Source: an uncultured virus (IMG/VR IMGVR_UViG_3300049259_000219) (lineage: Duplodnaviria > Heunggongvirae > Uroviricota > Caudoviricetes). Taken from it: DNA of 64,000 nt. This document shows, piece by piece, positions 8,988-18,776 of this stretch. The stretch lies in the IMG/VR virus record IMGVR_UViG_3300049259_000219; one strand, written 5' to 3'. The position numbers were made by a program, and so were the translations under genes. A model generated the notes under the pieces. The model saw only the letters and a list, made by a program, of their open reading frames with translations, was not told the DNA's origin and did not search any database. The first letter of the stretch is position 1. Each line of letters opens with the position of its first letter.

Positions 8988-9338
8988 ATGAGCTTCGAGA
9001 AACAACTGCCCGTCTATCCCCTCCCGGTTTTCGTCGTGCCCCGCTTCGGGCGCGTCGAGTTCGAGCCCATTGGCGACGTGCCACTGCGCCAGACCAAGGC
9101 CTGGTGCGTCACCGTCATCCATACCTCCCCCGGCCGCATCGGTACGCCGGACTACCGGACATGGCACGGCGACCAGTCGTCGGCCGAAGCGGCGCCCTAC
9201 CCGACCGCCAAGACTGCGCGGACCTTCATGCTGCGGGCCTGCGCTCATCACGACCTTCTCCCCCTCGACCATTACTCCGAACAGAAAATCGTCCCGCCAC
9301 TCCGCTCCTTCCCGCCACTCCTTCGACCCAGCCAATGA
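8988..9338 (+). CDS. hypothetical protein
   Basis: Tightly packed ORF. Confidence 0.55.
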   Translation: MSFEKQLPVYPLPVFVVPRFGRVEFEPIGDVPLRQTKAWCVTVIHTSPGRIGTPDYRTWHGDQSSAEAAPYPTAKTARTFMLRACAHHDLLPLDHYSEQKIVPPLRSFPPLLRPSQ

Positions 9339-9601
9339 CGACCATCCTCAAGCCAACCATTCACTCTAACGGCACCGGCGCCAACTCCCTTACCGACGCG
9401 TACACCAAGGCCATGCTCGCCGTGCATGACGCGATCACCGCCGTCGCCGAGTCCGGTCCGAACGGCCGCGACTATTACCCCCAAGGGGGCGACGCGATAC
9501 AGGCCGCCGTCGAGGAACACCGGACCCGGCTCGCGGCCTTGGAGAAGGTGCGGGATGAGCTTGAGCAGCTCGCTGCCCACTGCGCCGAGTTCATCCGCTG
9601 A
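9335..9601 (+). CDS. hypothetical protein
   Basis: PTIHSNGT...PNGRDYYPQG; ATGA overlap. Confidence 0.65.
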   Translation: MTTILKPTIHSNGTGANSLTDAYTKAMLAVHDAITAVAESGPNGRDYYPQGGDAIQAAVEEHRTRLAALEKVRDELEQLAAHCAEFIR

Positions 9602-9617
9602 AGGACGCCTTGACACG

Positions 9618-9980
9618 ATGCGGATCATCCCCGAGAACGAACACATGGAAACGCCTCCCGACACCACCGGGCCTCCAGTGTTCCGCACCGCACCGGCCTA
9701 CCGGATGCCGGACCGCGCCAAGTACGAAGCCTCCACCGGGATGGCTCCGCGCCAGCTCACGACTGATGTCAAGTTCGTCAGCCGCGCCCTCGGCCGCGTG
9801 AAGGCAGACGCCGAGACGGTGAACTTCGCCGGCTCCGTCAATGCCCGCGCCACGCTCGACGCGATCTGCGAAAGCGTCCACCAGGAGTCCGGAATGGATT
9901 CCACCGACACCGTTTTCTTCGACCCTGAGACGCAATCCTTTTGGGTTTTCCCCGGAAGTCGCGACACGCAAATTGCGTAA
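9618..9980 (+). CDS. hypothetical protein
   Basis: Stop codon lies in motif A. Confidence 0.55.
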   Translation: MRIIPENEHMETPPDTTGPPVFRTAPAYRMPDRAKYEASTGMAPRQLTTDVKFVSRALGRVKADAETVNFAGSVNARATLDAICESVHQESGMDSTDTVFFDPETQSFWVFPGSRDTQIA

Positions 9981-10032
9981 CGCGTACCGTAAACCGCACG
10001 ACACCACCACACGACACCACGACACCACCGCT

Positions 10033-10449
10033 ATGATGTTCAAAGCCCTCGCGCCGCTCCTGGCCGGCAACTCCACCCTCATGCTGTCCCTCGCCTCTGC
10101 CGGCGGCGACAAGCTGCGGTTCACGATCACCCCCATCAAAGGCAAAGACGAAGACGACGACCCCACCGCCTCCGTCCTCCATCGCCCGATCGTGTTGACC
10201 GGCACGGTCGACGAACTCGACGTTGACCTGCCCGGGCATCTCGCCGCCTACACCGACCGGCGGACCAGCCTGCGGGAAGTGTTCGAGGACTTGGACAAGC
10301 AGTTCGAGGAAGCGAAGAAGGAGAGCGAGGAGCGCATCGCCGCGGAGAAGAAGCGCACCGCCAGGGGAATCCCGACGATCGAGAAACCCGAGAAGCCGAC
10401 CCCGCCCCCTGCGCCACCGAAACCCGCCGCTCCAGCCTCCATCCTCTAA
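10033..10449 (+). CDS. PRTRC system protein E
   Basis: MFKALAPLL...PIVLTGTVDELD...SL pattern with charged/Pro-rich tail; operon context. Confidence 0.85.
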   Translation: MMFKALAPLLAGNSTLMLSLASAGGDKLRFTITPIKGKDEDDDPTASVLHRPIVLTGTVDELDVDLPGHLAAYTDRRTSLREVFEDLDKQFEEAKKESEERIAAEKKRTARGIPTIEKPEKPTPPPAPPKPAAPASIL

Positions 10450-10452
10450 GCC

Positions 10453-10671
10453 ATGGCCCTCATCCTTGAAGCAATCGAGCGCACCTTCCGCTACAACGGC
10501 ATGGATCTCCCCGATCCGAATCCCTCCCTCTCAGTGAGCGAGGTTCAGGGGATCCACTCCGGCACCTACCCGGAACTGGCGACCGCCAAGCCCACCGTCG
10601 AGCAAAAGAACACCGCCAATGGCACGCGCCAAGTCATCACCTACGCCGTCGCGGCAGGAACGAAGGGCTGA
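10453..10671 (+). CDS. PRTRC system protein C (prokaryotic ubiquitin-like)
   Basis: RTFRYNGMDLPDPNPSLS...YPELATA...GTKG C-terminus. Confidence 0.92.
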   Translation: MALILEAIERTFRYNGMDLPDPNPSLSVSEVQGIHSGTYPELATAKPTVEQKNTANGTRQVITYAVAAGTKG

Positions 10672-10776
10672 GCTCGAGGTTGCGGCCACGCTGGAACTCA
10701 TCGCCAAGGCGAACAAGGCTCCCCCGTGTCCGCATCCCGAGCTCAACCCACGCCACCTCACCGTTGAGCAACGCCA

Positions 10777-12018
10777 ATGCCATCAACTTCTCTCGCGCTT
10801 CGCAGCCTCCGCCCTCGCCGGCAAGGGTCGCCCGCTCTTGCCACCGCCCCTCAGCCTCGCGCCACTGGTCTAAGCCTCCCCCGCTTCGGTGCCAGCGTCC
10901 CCAAGAAAGCTACTTTCCGGACCGGCACCACCGAGTTGGCGCAGATCGCCGAGGGGATGGCCCACACCGGCATCCTGCGTCCGAGCCATTTCAAAGGCAG
11001 CGGACCGGACTCCATCAAAGGCGCCGTCGACTCCGCCCTCAGCGAGTTGACGAAGGCGCATGAGCGGCGATGGAAACTCCACAAGGATCTCACCATCGGC
11101 TACACGACCTCCCTCGCCGGCATCAACACGCCGCCTGCCTTCGAGTCCGAGGCGAGGGCGAATGACACCGCGGCGATCGTCTTTGAGAGCGGCCAGCGAC
11201 AAGTCTTCATCATCGGCGAACGCCTGGACGGCATCGAGAAGCGGCAGCGCGGAGCCGGAGTGAAGCTACTTCGGCTCATCGAGCTGGCCCTGGATGCCGG
11301 ATTCGGCGGCATCACGCCGCTGACGGGCATGTCGATGATGCAGTGGCACTTTTGGCAAGGCTCTTGCGACGAGAAGGAACGACTGGAGGATCTACGCCTC
11401 AACTGGGAGGAGGAACGGGAGGAAGGCGCCCCGCCCATGACCGACGCGGAAATCCTCAAGGAATGCGACATCCCCAGCCGCGCAGATTTCGAGTCATGGT
11501 TTCCCAAATGGACCTACGACATAGGATGGCCCAATCTCAATCAGGTAGTCATCCCCTTCTTTAAGTCCCCGATTCGGGGCGAGCCCGCGATCCGCGCCGC
11601 GGCCAATGCCCTCAGCCGACACCTCTCCAGCTTCTGGCGTCAACGGATGTACGCCACCGGGCGGGATCGCCTCAACGATCTCCGCCAACTGGAGGCGACC
11701 ATCGAGTTTGCTGCGCCGATCGTCCTCCGCTGGCACGAAAACGACATGCTCCCCGCCATCTTCGACGAGGTCATGCAGGACTTCATGAACAGCGGGGACA
11801 CCAACGACGATATGTGCGCCGCCGTTTGCTTTGACCCTGCCTCGCCAGCCAGCTGCCGGGACGCCGGCGAGCGGGTACGCCTCATCCTCGAAACCACCGG
11901 CCTCATCGACCAACTCCTCTCCCTCTTGGTGACGAAAGAACCACTGTCCCGAACCCTCGGCTACGAGGTGACCACCGAAATTCCCGCCGCCATCAACACC
12001 GGCGGTCTCCGCGTATGA
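10777..12018 (+). CDS. PRTRC system protein F
   Basis: Position between C and B; 413 aa with LSLPRF, WQGSCDE and FPKW segments. Confidence 0.7.
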   Translation: MPSTSLALRSLRPRRQGSPALATAPQPRATGLSLPRFGASVPKKATFRTGTTELAQIAEGMAHTGILRPSHFKGSGPDSIKGAVDSALSELTKAHERRWKLHKDLTIGYTTSLAGINTPPAFESEARANDTAAIVFESGQRQVFIIGERLDGIEKRQRGAGVKLLRLIELALDAGFGGITPLTGMSMMQWHFWQGSCDEKERLEDLRLNWEEEREEGAPPMTDAEILKECDIPSRADFESWFPKWTYDIGWPNLNQVVIPFFKSPIRGEPAIRAAANALSRHLSSFWRQRMYATGRDRLNDLRQLEATIEFAAPIVLRWHENDMLPAIFDEVMQDFMNSGDTNDDMCAAVCFDPASPASCRDAGERVRLILETTGLIDQLLSLLVTKEPLSRTLGYEVTTEIPAAINTGGLRV

Positions 12019-12764
12019 ATGTCTTCAGTTCCATCGGCTCCGAACACGAGGTCACACTCGAGCAGGCGATCCTCATCTATCGGTCCCGCCCCAGTGGATC
12101 GGACTCACGCCGTTGGGATTTCAGCACCCAAGGCGGCGTCATCGCCACGGTTCACACCGTGACGGACAACGTCATCAGCGCCGGGGTCGTGGCCACGGAG
12201 GAATCGGTTCGGCATCTCACCGCCGACCTGACCGGACGCACCGCAGGGATGACCCTCATCCCGTCCCATGTACTGGCCATCTCGTCCGACTACATGGCAT
12301 GGCATTCGCCGGCATCCCGCCGCCGCATGTGGTTTCAGCCGGCCGACAGCGTCAAAGCCGAGGCTGCCGACTTGGTCAAATTCAGTGGCGAGCACTTTCC
12401 TCAGCCGCCCCTCCTCTTCATCGCCGGAACCCATGGCCTACGTGTCTTTGCGCTGAAGTCCGGCAACCGACCGACGGAGCGCACCACCGTTTACCGCGCG
12501 CCCTACTGGAACGTCGGCAACAGCGGCAACCTCTGCGTCGGCTCCACCCGGCTCCCCAAGGATCTCCTCTCGTCCAACATCCCGGGCTTCGAAGCAGCCT
12601 TCTTTCAATCACGCTTCACCCACCCAACCATTCACGGCTGCCAGCTCGCCAAGACCCGGCACTCTCTTCTCTGGACGAAGCTCGCCAACAAGCGCGCCTT
12701 CCCCATCGACCAACTCGTGTCCACCAAACGGACGCTTGGTCAACTTCTCGCCCAACCCAAATGA
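12015..12764 (+). CDS. PRTRC system protein B (prokaryotic E2-like)
   Basis: PPLLF...LRVFAL...RP...YRAPYWNV...GNLCVG...FFQSRFTHP. Confidence 0.9.
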   Translation: MNVFSSIGSEHEVTLEQAILIYRSRPSGSDSRRWDFSTQGGVIATVHTVTDNVISAGVVATEESVRHLTADLTGRTAGMTLIPSHVLAISSDYMAWHSPASRRRMWFQPADSVKAEAADLVKFSGEHFPQPPLLFIAGTHGLRVFALKSGNRPTERTTVYRAPYWNVGNSGNLCVGSTRLPKDLLSSNIPGFEAAFFQSRFTHPTIHGCQLAKTRHSLLWTKLANKRAFPIDQLVSTKRTLGQLLAQPK

Positions 12765-13627
12765 CCAAGCTCCGCCTACCGCCGCACTTCCTGGAAGAGC
12801 CCGTCGACATTGATATCGTCGGCGCCGGCGGCAACGGCTCGCAGATGCTCTACGGGCTGGCGCGCCTGCACTTCGCCCTCTTAGCACTGGGTCACCCGCA
12901 CGGCCTCCGCGTCACGCTCTACGACCCGGACATTGTCAGCCCGGCGAACGTCGGCCGCCAACTCTTCTCGCCCTCCGACGTGGGCCACGCCAAAGCGGCC
13001 ATCCTCATTCACCGGGTGAATATGTTTTACGGTCTCACTTGGTCCGCCGCGGTCAGCAACTACCGAAACTGCGCCGGACACGGGTCCGACCTCGTGATCG
13101 GCTGCGTCGATTCGGCCGCCAGTCGGCGGGAGATCCTCACGGTTACGAGAAGAGCGTGGAATTGCTGGTGGCTCGACCTCGGCAACAGCGCCCACACCGG
13201 CCAGGTGGTCCTCGGCCGGGAGCAACGCATCATCGACAAGCACCGGGCACGCAAGGCCGCCGACATGGAACTTGAGTGCAGCCCTCCCACCATCATGGAG
13301 TTGTTCCCCTCACTGGCCGACCCGGCCGTGAAGGAAGACAACGCCCCCAGCTGCTCGCTCGCCGAAGCCCTGGAGAAGCAGGACCTCTTCATCAACCAGA
13401 GCGTGGCTACCTTCGCCCTCCATCTTCTCTGGACGTGGTTCCGCCAAGGTCACCTCGAGCACCACGGGTATTTCATCAACCTCAAACTCGGACGCGTCGC
13501 CCCGATGCCGATTGACCCGATCGCATGGAAGCGGCTGGCCGACGCGAATAAATCACGCAAGCGCGTAAAGAAGGCGACCACCCCGAAGGCAACCCCCAAA
13601 AAATCGCGGAACGCGTACCGTAAATGA
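12761..13627 (+). CDS. PRTRC system ThiF family protein (E1-like)
   Basis: GAGGNGS, DPDIVSPANVGRQ, IGCVDS, WLDLGN, PSCSLAEALEKQDLFINQ. Confidence 0.93.
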   Translation: MTKLRLPPHFLEEPVDIDIVGAGGNGSQMLYGLARLHFALLALGHPHGLRVTLYDPDIVSPANVGRQLFSPSDVGHAKAAILIHRVNMFYGLTWSAAVSNYRNCAGHGSDLVIGCVDSAASRREILTVTRRAWNCWWLDLGNSAHTGQVVLGREQRIIDKHRARKAADMELECSPPTIMELFPSLADPAVKEDNAPSCSLAEALEKQDLFINQSVATFALHLLWTWFRQGHLEHHGYFINLKLGRVAPMPIDPIAWKRLADANKSRKRVKKATTPKATPKKSRNAYRK

Positions 13628-14208
13628 TTATTATTCAAGACCTCTTCACTGGTGAACGCCTCCGCAAATTCGCGGAGTCGGACGCCTGCGTCGCTCACTT
13701 CCTCAAAGGCAGGAGCCACGAGGATGGCTACCTCGAAGCGATCTTCAATTCGGAGGTGGCATCGGACACCGCCATGCTGCACGCGTTCTGCGCCGCCAAC
13801 GGGCTGACGCTTCCCACCGAACTAACCCTCCTCATGGGCGACGAACCCGTGGCCTACGGCGACACCGTTGGCGAGCTGGTCATCGCTTGGGAAACCATTC
13901 GCACACGGCACGGACTCGGCTCACGCGATACCCCTCGGTTGATCGTGCAGAGCCTCGCGACTGGCGAGCCCGTCGTGGAGATCTCCTACAACGGCTGCGT
14001 CTGGCAACCCGGCCGCGTCGGCGAGAAAGTAACTTTCACCGTCACCCACACGCACGCTCACCTCGACCCGAGTACGCCGACGATCGCGAATGTCCTCGCG
14101 AAGAAACTCGAGCGCGAACCCACCCAGTCCGAACTCTGCGCCGAAGTGCGCCGGATTCTCCTCGAGGCAGCCGCCGAGCGGAGCCCCACCAATTCACGGA
14201 ACGCGTAA
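13624..14208 (+). CDS. hypothetical protein
   Basis: Flanked by motif A on both sides; contains ISYNGCVW. Confidence 0.65.
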   Translation: MIIIQDLFTGERLRKFAESDACVAHFLKGRSHEDGYLEAIFNSEVASDTAMLHAFCAANGLTLPTELTLLMGDEPVAYGDTVGELVIAWETIRTRHGLGSRDTPRLIVQSLATGEPVVEISYNGCVWQPGRVGEKVTFTVTHTHAHLDPSTPTIANVLAKKLEREPTQSELCAEVRRILLEAAAERSPTNSRNA

Positions 14209-14220
14209 CGCAAAATTATC

Positions 14221-17200
14221 ATGACTACCGACAACCTCTTCACCGGCCGCGCCACCCCCAAGGGTCAGCAACTCGACGGCCTCAACCTTCAGGAAGTCCT
14301 CGACTCCGGCGCCAACGCCGAAGACGTGGGGCGGCAGCAGTTCTTTACCGCCGACGATCTCGCCACCGCGCTCATGCTCCCCTTGCCGGAAGCGCGCCAC
14401 ACGTTCATCGACCTGCAAATGGGGAGCGCCGCGCTGCTCAAGGCTTCCAACTCCCCGCACCTCATCGGGTGCGATATCGACCCGCGCTGCGCCCGCAAAC
14501 CGGACGGTGCCGCCGGCGAGTGGCACACCCTGACGGCCGACGTGACCAAGCTCTACCCGCTCCTCGCGGAAATCGGCTGGCGCTTTGACCTCGGCGGATT
14601 CAACCCGCCTTTCTCGATCAAATGGCACAATGATCGCCTGGCTGCGCTGCGCGATAGCGAGTGTGACGCAGTCCGCGCCGCGTATCGCCCGCACCATGAG
14701 ACGATCGACTCGACCCTGGCCACCGCCATGATCGCGCTGGATCGGCTGAACAACCGCGGCGAGTTCTTTCTCATCTGCAACCAGAGCACGGCCGTCCGGC
14801 ACTTCGGACCGCCGGACTTCGTCGCACCGCCCCGCTCCTTCTCCGGAACAACCGAGCGCATTTTGCCCGATTGCGGAGGCGGCGAGCTGCGCAAACATAT
14901 CTGGCTTTGGGTCACCCTCCCGGCCGGCATCTTCGCCAACGTCCATCACGACTTTGAGACGGCCGTCCTCTACTTCGCCCGGGATCACGAGAACCGCGGA
15001 CAGGCGCCGCTCCACCTCGTTTCCACCTCGCCCGACCCGGCCGCGATCACGCAGATGCTCCGCCCGTGGCAATCGCGCCGCCAACTCATCCGGCACGGCA
15101 ACTCGCTTTGGCGGGTCTCGGACTTTGACAAGGCGACCATCGCCAACTTCGACGCGGCCAAGCAGGAGTACGCCGCACAGCACCGCACCACGCGGGCGCA
15201 GGAGTTCAATATCTGGCTGAGCGAGGGGCGCATCCGTCGGCACCTGACCCCCTTCCAGCACTTCAGCAAGCGCATCCCGAAGGACCTGATTGCCTCGCTT
15301 AACGACCTGGATAACCGCACCCCGATGGAGCTGGTCGTGCAGAAAGAAACGCGTGTCGCCCTGCAGCGCGCCGTCCGCTCGACCTTCTGGAGTGTCGACC
15401 CCGCCCTGATCGCGGCCGTCGACGCGGCCGTCTCCGGCTACAACGCCAACCGCGCGCCGTTCTACCCGCTCTCCGACGTGCAGCGACTCGGCTTCCTGGA
15501 TGAAACCGATCAGATCCAGTTCGGCAAGCTCGGCATCGAGGGCTTTCAGGTCGGCGAGTTCTACCCGATCACCTGCTCGACGTGCCCCACGGAACGCGAC
15601 GGCAGCCGCATCAACATCATGGGCGAGGAAGAAATGGTGACCTACCACGGGCAGGACCTCGTCGTGAAGATTCAGGACGCGAACGAAGAGTGGCATGCGT
15701 TCACTACCGAACCCGACGTCACCGACATTCCGAAGGGGATCGCAGCCCGCCACTCGATGGCCTCTTTGGTGGAACACTTCATCATTCCCGAGGTGCACGA
15801 CGTGGCGATCACGCAGAGCGAACGCTACCTCCGCAACGTCGCGAAGATCGAAGCGATCGAGGAAGCGGTGCGGAAAGGCTGCCGCCCGGACACCACTGAA
15901 CGGACGGCAGCCACTTCTGCGGCAGTGAACCGCAACCAGGGCGTGAGTAACACGGGCAAGGCACCCATGCCAGAGTTTTCCTGCCGCCACTACCAGCGGG
16001 ACGACCTGGCCCGGTTCGCGGTGCATGACGGCGGAATCCTCGGTTGGGACCCCGGCCTTGGGAAAACCCTGGGCATGGGAATTTACCCACAGATCAAGGA
16101 CGCCCGCCGCGTGCTCATCGTCGCCCCGGACTCGCTGCATCAGCAGATCATCGACGATCTTTTCAACCTGCTCGGCCTCGAGGTGCACCTGCTCCGCAAT
16201 CAGGAGGATTACTTCTCCGACAAGACGCTCCAGCAGGCTGCCATGGATCTCATCAACGGCGTCGAGTCCGAAGCGCGGGGCTGGTGGATCACCAGCTACA
16301 CGCAACTCGGCATGAACGGCGGCGACCAGTGGGAAGACAAGGAAACCGACGAGGGCGCGCGGTACGTCACCCGCAAGATCATGGACATGCGCCAGAAGCA
16401 CGAGCGGTTCGCCCCGGAGCATGACTTCGGCTGCGGTCTGCTCAACAAGGCGAAGACGGTGCGCTGCCTTTACCGCCCGACGCTGGCCACCCTGACCGCC
16501 GAACTTTTCGACTGCGTGCAAGTCGACGAAGGCGTCCGCCTCAAAGGCGACCACTCCTATATCTCGACCGGCGTCCGCCAGATGCGGCCGAAGTACCGCG
16601 CCGTGATGACCGGCACGCCGATCAAGAACCGGCTCGATGATATCTTCTGGCTCTGCCACTGGGCGGCCGGCGGCAACGAAGAAGCCTGCTCGCGCTGGCC
16701 CTACCCGAACACGGTCGAAGCCAAGAACGAGTTCGCCGACCAGCACATGCTGATCGAGGAGAATCACACGAAGGCGGAGCGGGAGTACGAGCGGACCGGC
16801 AACAAACGCCGCTTCGAGAAGCGGACCGCCCAGCTCACGAACGTGCATCGTCTCTGGAAGCTCCTCTGCAATGTCGTCATCCGTCGGCGCAAGGATGACA
16901 TCGGCGAGGACATTGTCCCGAAGACGGTCGTCCCCATCACCATCCCGCCCGGCACGGCCCAGCAGGCGGTCTACGCCTTCCACTTGGCGAACCCGCCGGA
17001 GTTCAGGAAGGACGGTCAGGAGATGAACAAGATCGCGGCGATCGTCACGCAGCTCCAGATGCTGCGCCAGGCTGCGCTCTGCCCCGACTCGCCGAATCTC
17101 TCGGCCGATCAAATGTCGCTGCACCGCATCCGCATGGCGCTGCTCGCCGAGAAAGAGAAGGGCACGACGAGCACCGGCCCGTTCGACGCCAAGGCGACCA

Positions 17201-18366
17201 GCCGCGCCATCAAGACCGCGACCCTCGCGGACCGGCCCGGCACGGAAGGCGAAGGCGCCGTCGCGCTGGCGATGGTCGAGAAGATGCTCGCCGGTACCGC
17301 CCGCATCGACCTCGCGGCCGTGCTCGAAGCGGCCCCCAGTCTGCGCACCAAACTCCAGGCATTGGCCGGCGTCGACCAGTCGACGGGACGGATGCCGAAG
17401 AATGCCCGCTCGTGGACCGACCACAATCCGAAGCAGACGGCCATCCTGAAACTGATCGAGGAATTACTCTCGAAGGGCGAGCAAGTCGTCATCATGTCGC
17501 CCTTCCAACACTTCTCGGAATCGCTGCACAAGCGGCTGGTGCAGGCCAGCGTGAGCGTCTGCCTCTTGGACGGCAACACGAGCCCGAGCAAACGCGGCCA
17601 GCTCTCCAAGGCGTTCAAGCGGTTCAAGTATTCCGTGATGATCGGCGGCATCCAGTCGATGGGCGAAGGCCACTCGTGGGACCAGTGCAGCAACCTCATC
17701 ATGCCCTCGCTGGAGTGGGCCTTTGACAAGAACCGGCAGGCGGAAGACCGCGTGCATCGGCTCACGTCGAAGAAGCCCGTCACCATCTACACGATGGTCA
17801 CGACCAACTCCGTCGACCAACGGCTCTACAGCCTTTACATGGAGAAAAGCGACAGCTCGCACCTCGCCCTCGACGGCAAACTGTTCGCCGATCGCACGGA
17901 GGAAGTGTCGCTCGGCCAGTTGCTCAACGAAGCCGCCGCCTCGTTCGACGCCGGCGCGGCCACGATCTCGGAACTCGAGCTCGAGAAGGAATGGGAGAAC
18001 GCGCTGAAGCACAAGCTCCGCCTCGCCTGCCAGCGCTTCGGCGAATGGCACCCGCCGATCGCGATGGACGCGGACGGCACGAAGCCGACCAAGTCGCAGG
18101 TCCGGAAGGCCGTCAACAGTGCCGGTCTCCAGACGATGGTCACGATCGTGAAGGCGGTCCCCTCCGCGACCTTCGGTGCCCTCATCGGGTCACGGGACGC
18201 CGGCATGATCGAGCAACTCCGCCGGGACTTCGTCGCCTTCTGTGAGCGCGGCGAATACAGCGACTGGCGCCGAGCCTGGAGCGCGTTCGATCGGCAGCGC
18301 GAGAAAGTAACTTCTCCCGCCAAGGCACGCATCAGCAACGCCATGGCCGCCCTCAAAGCACTATGA
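14221..18366 (+). CDS. methyltransferase-like / SNF2 helicase fusion (DarB-like architecture)
   Basis: N-terminal QFFT, DLQMGSAAL, GCDID, NPPF; helicase motifs PGLGKT, VDEG, TGTPIKN, QAEDRVHR. Confidence 0.85.
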   Translation: MTTDNLFTGRATPKGQQLDGLNLQEVLDSGANAEDVGRQQFFTADDLATALMLPLPEARHTFIDLQMGSAALLKASNSPHLIGCDIDPRCARKPDGAAGEWHTLTADVTKLYPLLAEIGWRFDLGGFNPPFSIKWHNDRLAALRDSECDAVRAAYRPHHETIDSTLATAMIALDRLNNRGEFFLICNQSTAVRHFGPPDFVAPPRSFSGTTERILPDCGGGELRKHIWLWVTLPAGIFANVHHDFETAVLYFARDHENRGQAPLHLVSTSPDPAAITQMLRPWQSRRQLIRHGNSLWRVSDFDKATIANFDAAKQEYAAQHRTTRAQEFNIWLSEGRIRRHLTPFQHFSKRIPKDLIASLNDLDNRTPMELVVQKETRVALQRAVRSTFWSVDPALIAAVDAAVSGYNANRAPFYPLSDVQRLGFLDETDQIQFGKLGIEGFQVGEFYPITCSTCPTERDGSRINIMGEEEMVTYHGQDLVVKIQDANEEWHAFTTEPDVTDIPKGIAARHSMASLVEHFIIPEVHDVAITQSERYLRNVAKIEAIEEAVRKGCRPDTTERTAATSAAVNRNQGVSNTGKAPMPEFSCRHYQRDDLARFAVHDGGILGWDPGLGKTLGMGIYPQIKDARRVLIVAPDSLHQQIIDDLFNLLGLEVHLLRNQEDYFSDKTLQQAAMDLINGVESEARGWWITSYTQLGMNGGDQWEDKETDEGARYVTRKIMDMRQKHERFAPEHDFGCGLLNKAKTVRCLYRPTLATLTAELFDCVQVDEGVRLKGDHSYISTGVRQMRPKYRAVMTGTPIKNRLDDIFWLCHWAAGGNEEACSRWPYPNTVEAKNEFADQHMLIEENHTKAEREYERTGNKRRFEKRTAQLTNVHRLWKLLCNVVIRRRKDDIGEDIVPKTVVPITIPPGTAQQAVYAFHLANPPEFRKDGQEMNKIAAIVTQLQMLRQAALCPDSPNLSADQMSLHRIRMALLAEKEKGTTSTGPFDAKATSRAIKTATLADRPGTEGEGAVALAMVEKMLAGTARIDLAAVLEAAPSLRTKLQALAGVDQSTGRMPKNARSWTDHNPKQTAILKLIEELLSKGEQVVIMSPFQHFSESLHKRLVQASVSVCLLDGNTSPSKRGQLSKAFKRFKYSVMIGGIQSMGEGHSWDQCSNLIMPSLEWAFDKNRQAEDRVHRLTSKKPVTIYTMVTTNSVDQRLYSLYMEKSDSSHLALDGKLFADRTEEVSLGQLLNEAAASFDAGAATISELELEKEWENALKHKLRLACQRFGEWHPPIAMDADGTKPTKSQVRKAVNSAGLQTMVTIVKAVPSATFGALIGSRDAGMIEQLRRDFVAFCERGEYSDWRRAWSAFDRQREKVTSPAKARISNAMAALKAL

Positions 18367-18668
18367 CCAAGTCCGCCAACAAGGAGCGCCGCGGCATGAT
18401 CGCGGCGCGGGTTACCCACTTCCAAACCGCGTGGCTACTCGTCCCCGCGGAGAACCGCCGCGCCGCCTTCGCGCTGATGCTCGACACCATGCGGCTGCTC
18501 CTCCGGTTCCGCGACCCAGTCGCCGGCGCTCACGTGCAGTTCATGGCGATGTTCGCCATTTGCCTCAGCACCACGATCACCGGCGAGGGATTCGCCGACT
18601 TCGCCGAAGAGGCTTGGCGCCGCGACCAACCGCTCTATGCCACGCCGCAAACCGAAACCCACCCGTAA
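18363..18668 (+). CDS. hypothetical protein
   Basis: ATGA overlap with the helicase gene. Confidence 0.55.
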   Translation: MTKSANKERRGMIAARVTHFQTAWLLVPAENRRAAFALMLDTMRLLLRFRDPVAGAHVQFMAMFAICLSTTITGEGFADFAEEAWRRDQPLYATPQTETHP

Positions 18669-18776
18669 CGAGAAAGCGCAACAGGCCAGGCGCGAAGCCA
18701 GGCTCGCCCGCCTCGCCCAGAAACTAAAGGTGCCCACCGGGCACGGCCTCAACCATCCCGCCCCATTCCACCGGCT

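Noticed and set aside
12113..12760. N-terminal extensions in the ORF track (ThiF from 12113, also 29284, 32576, 38436)
   Set aside because: They overlap real upstream genes; downstream ATGs with coupling or motif A are better starts
14194..17424. 1076-aa minus-strand ORF
   Set aside because: Antisense shadow of the GC3-biased helicase gene; no recognisable motifs
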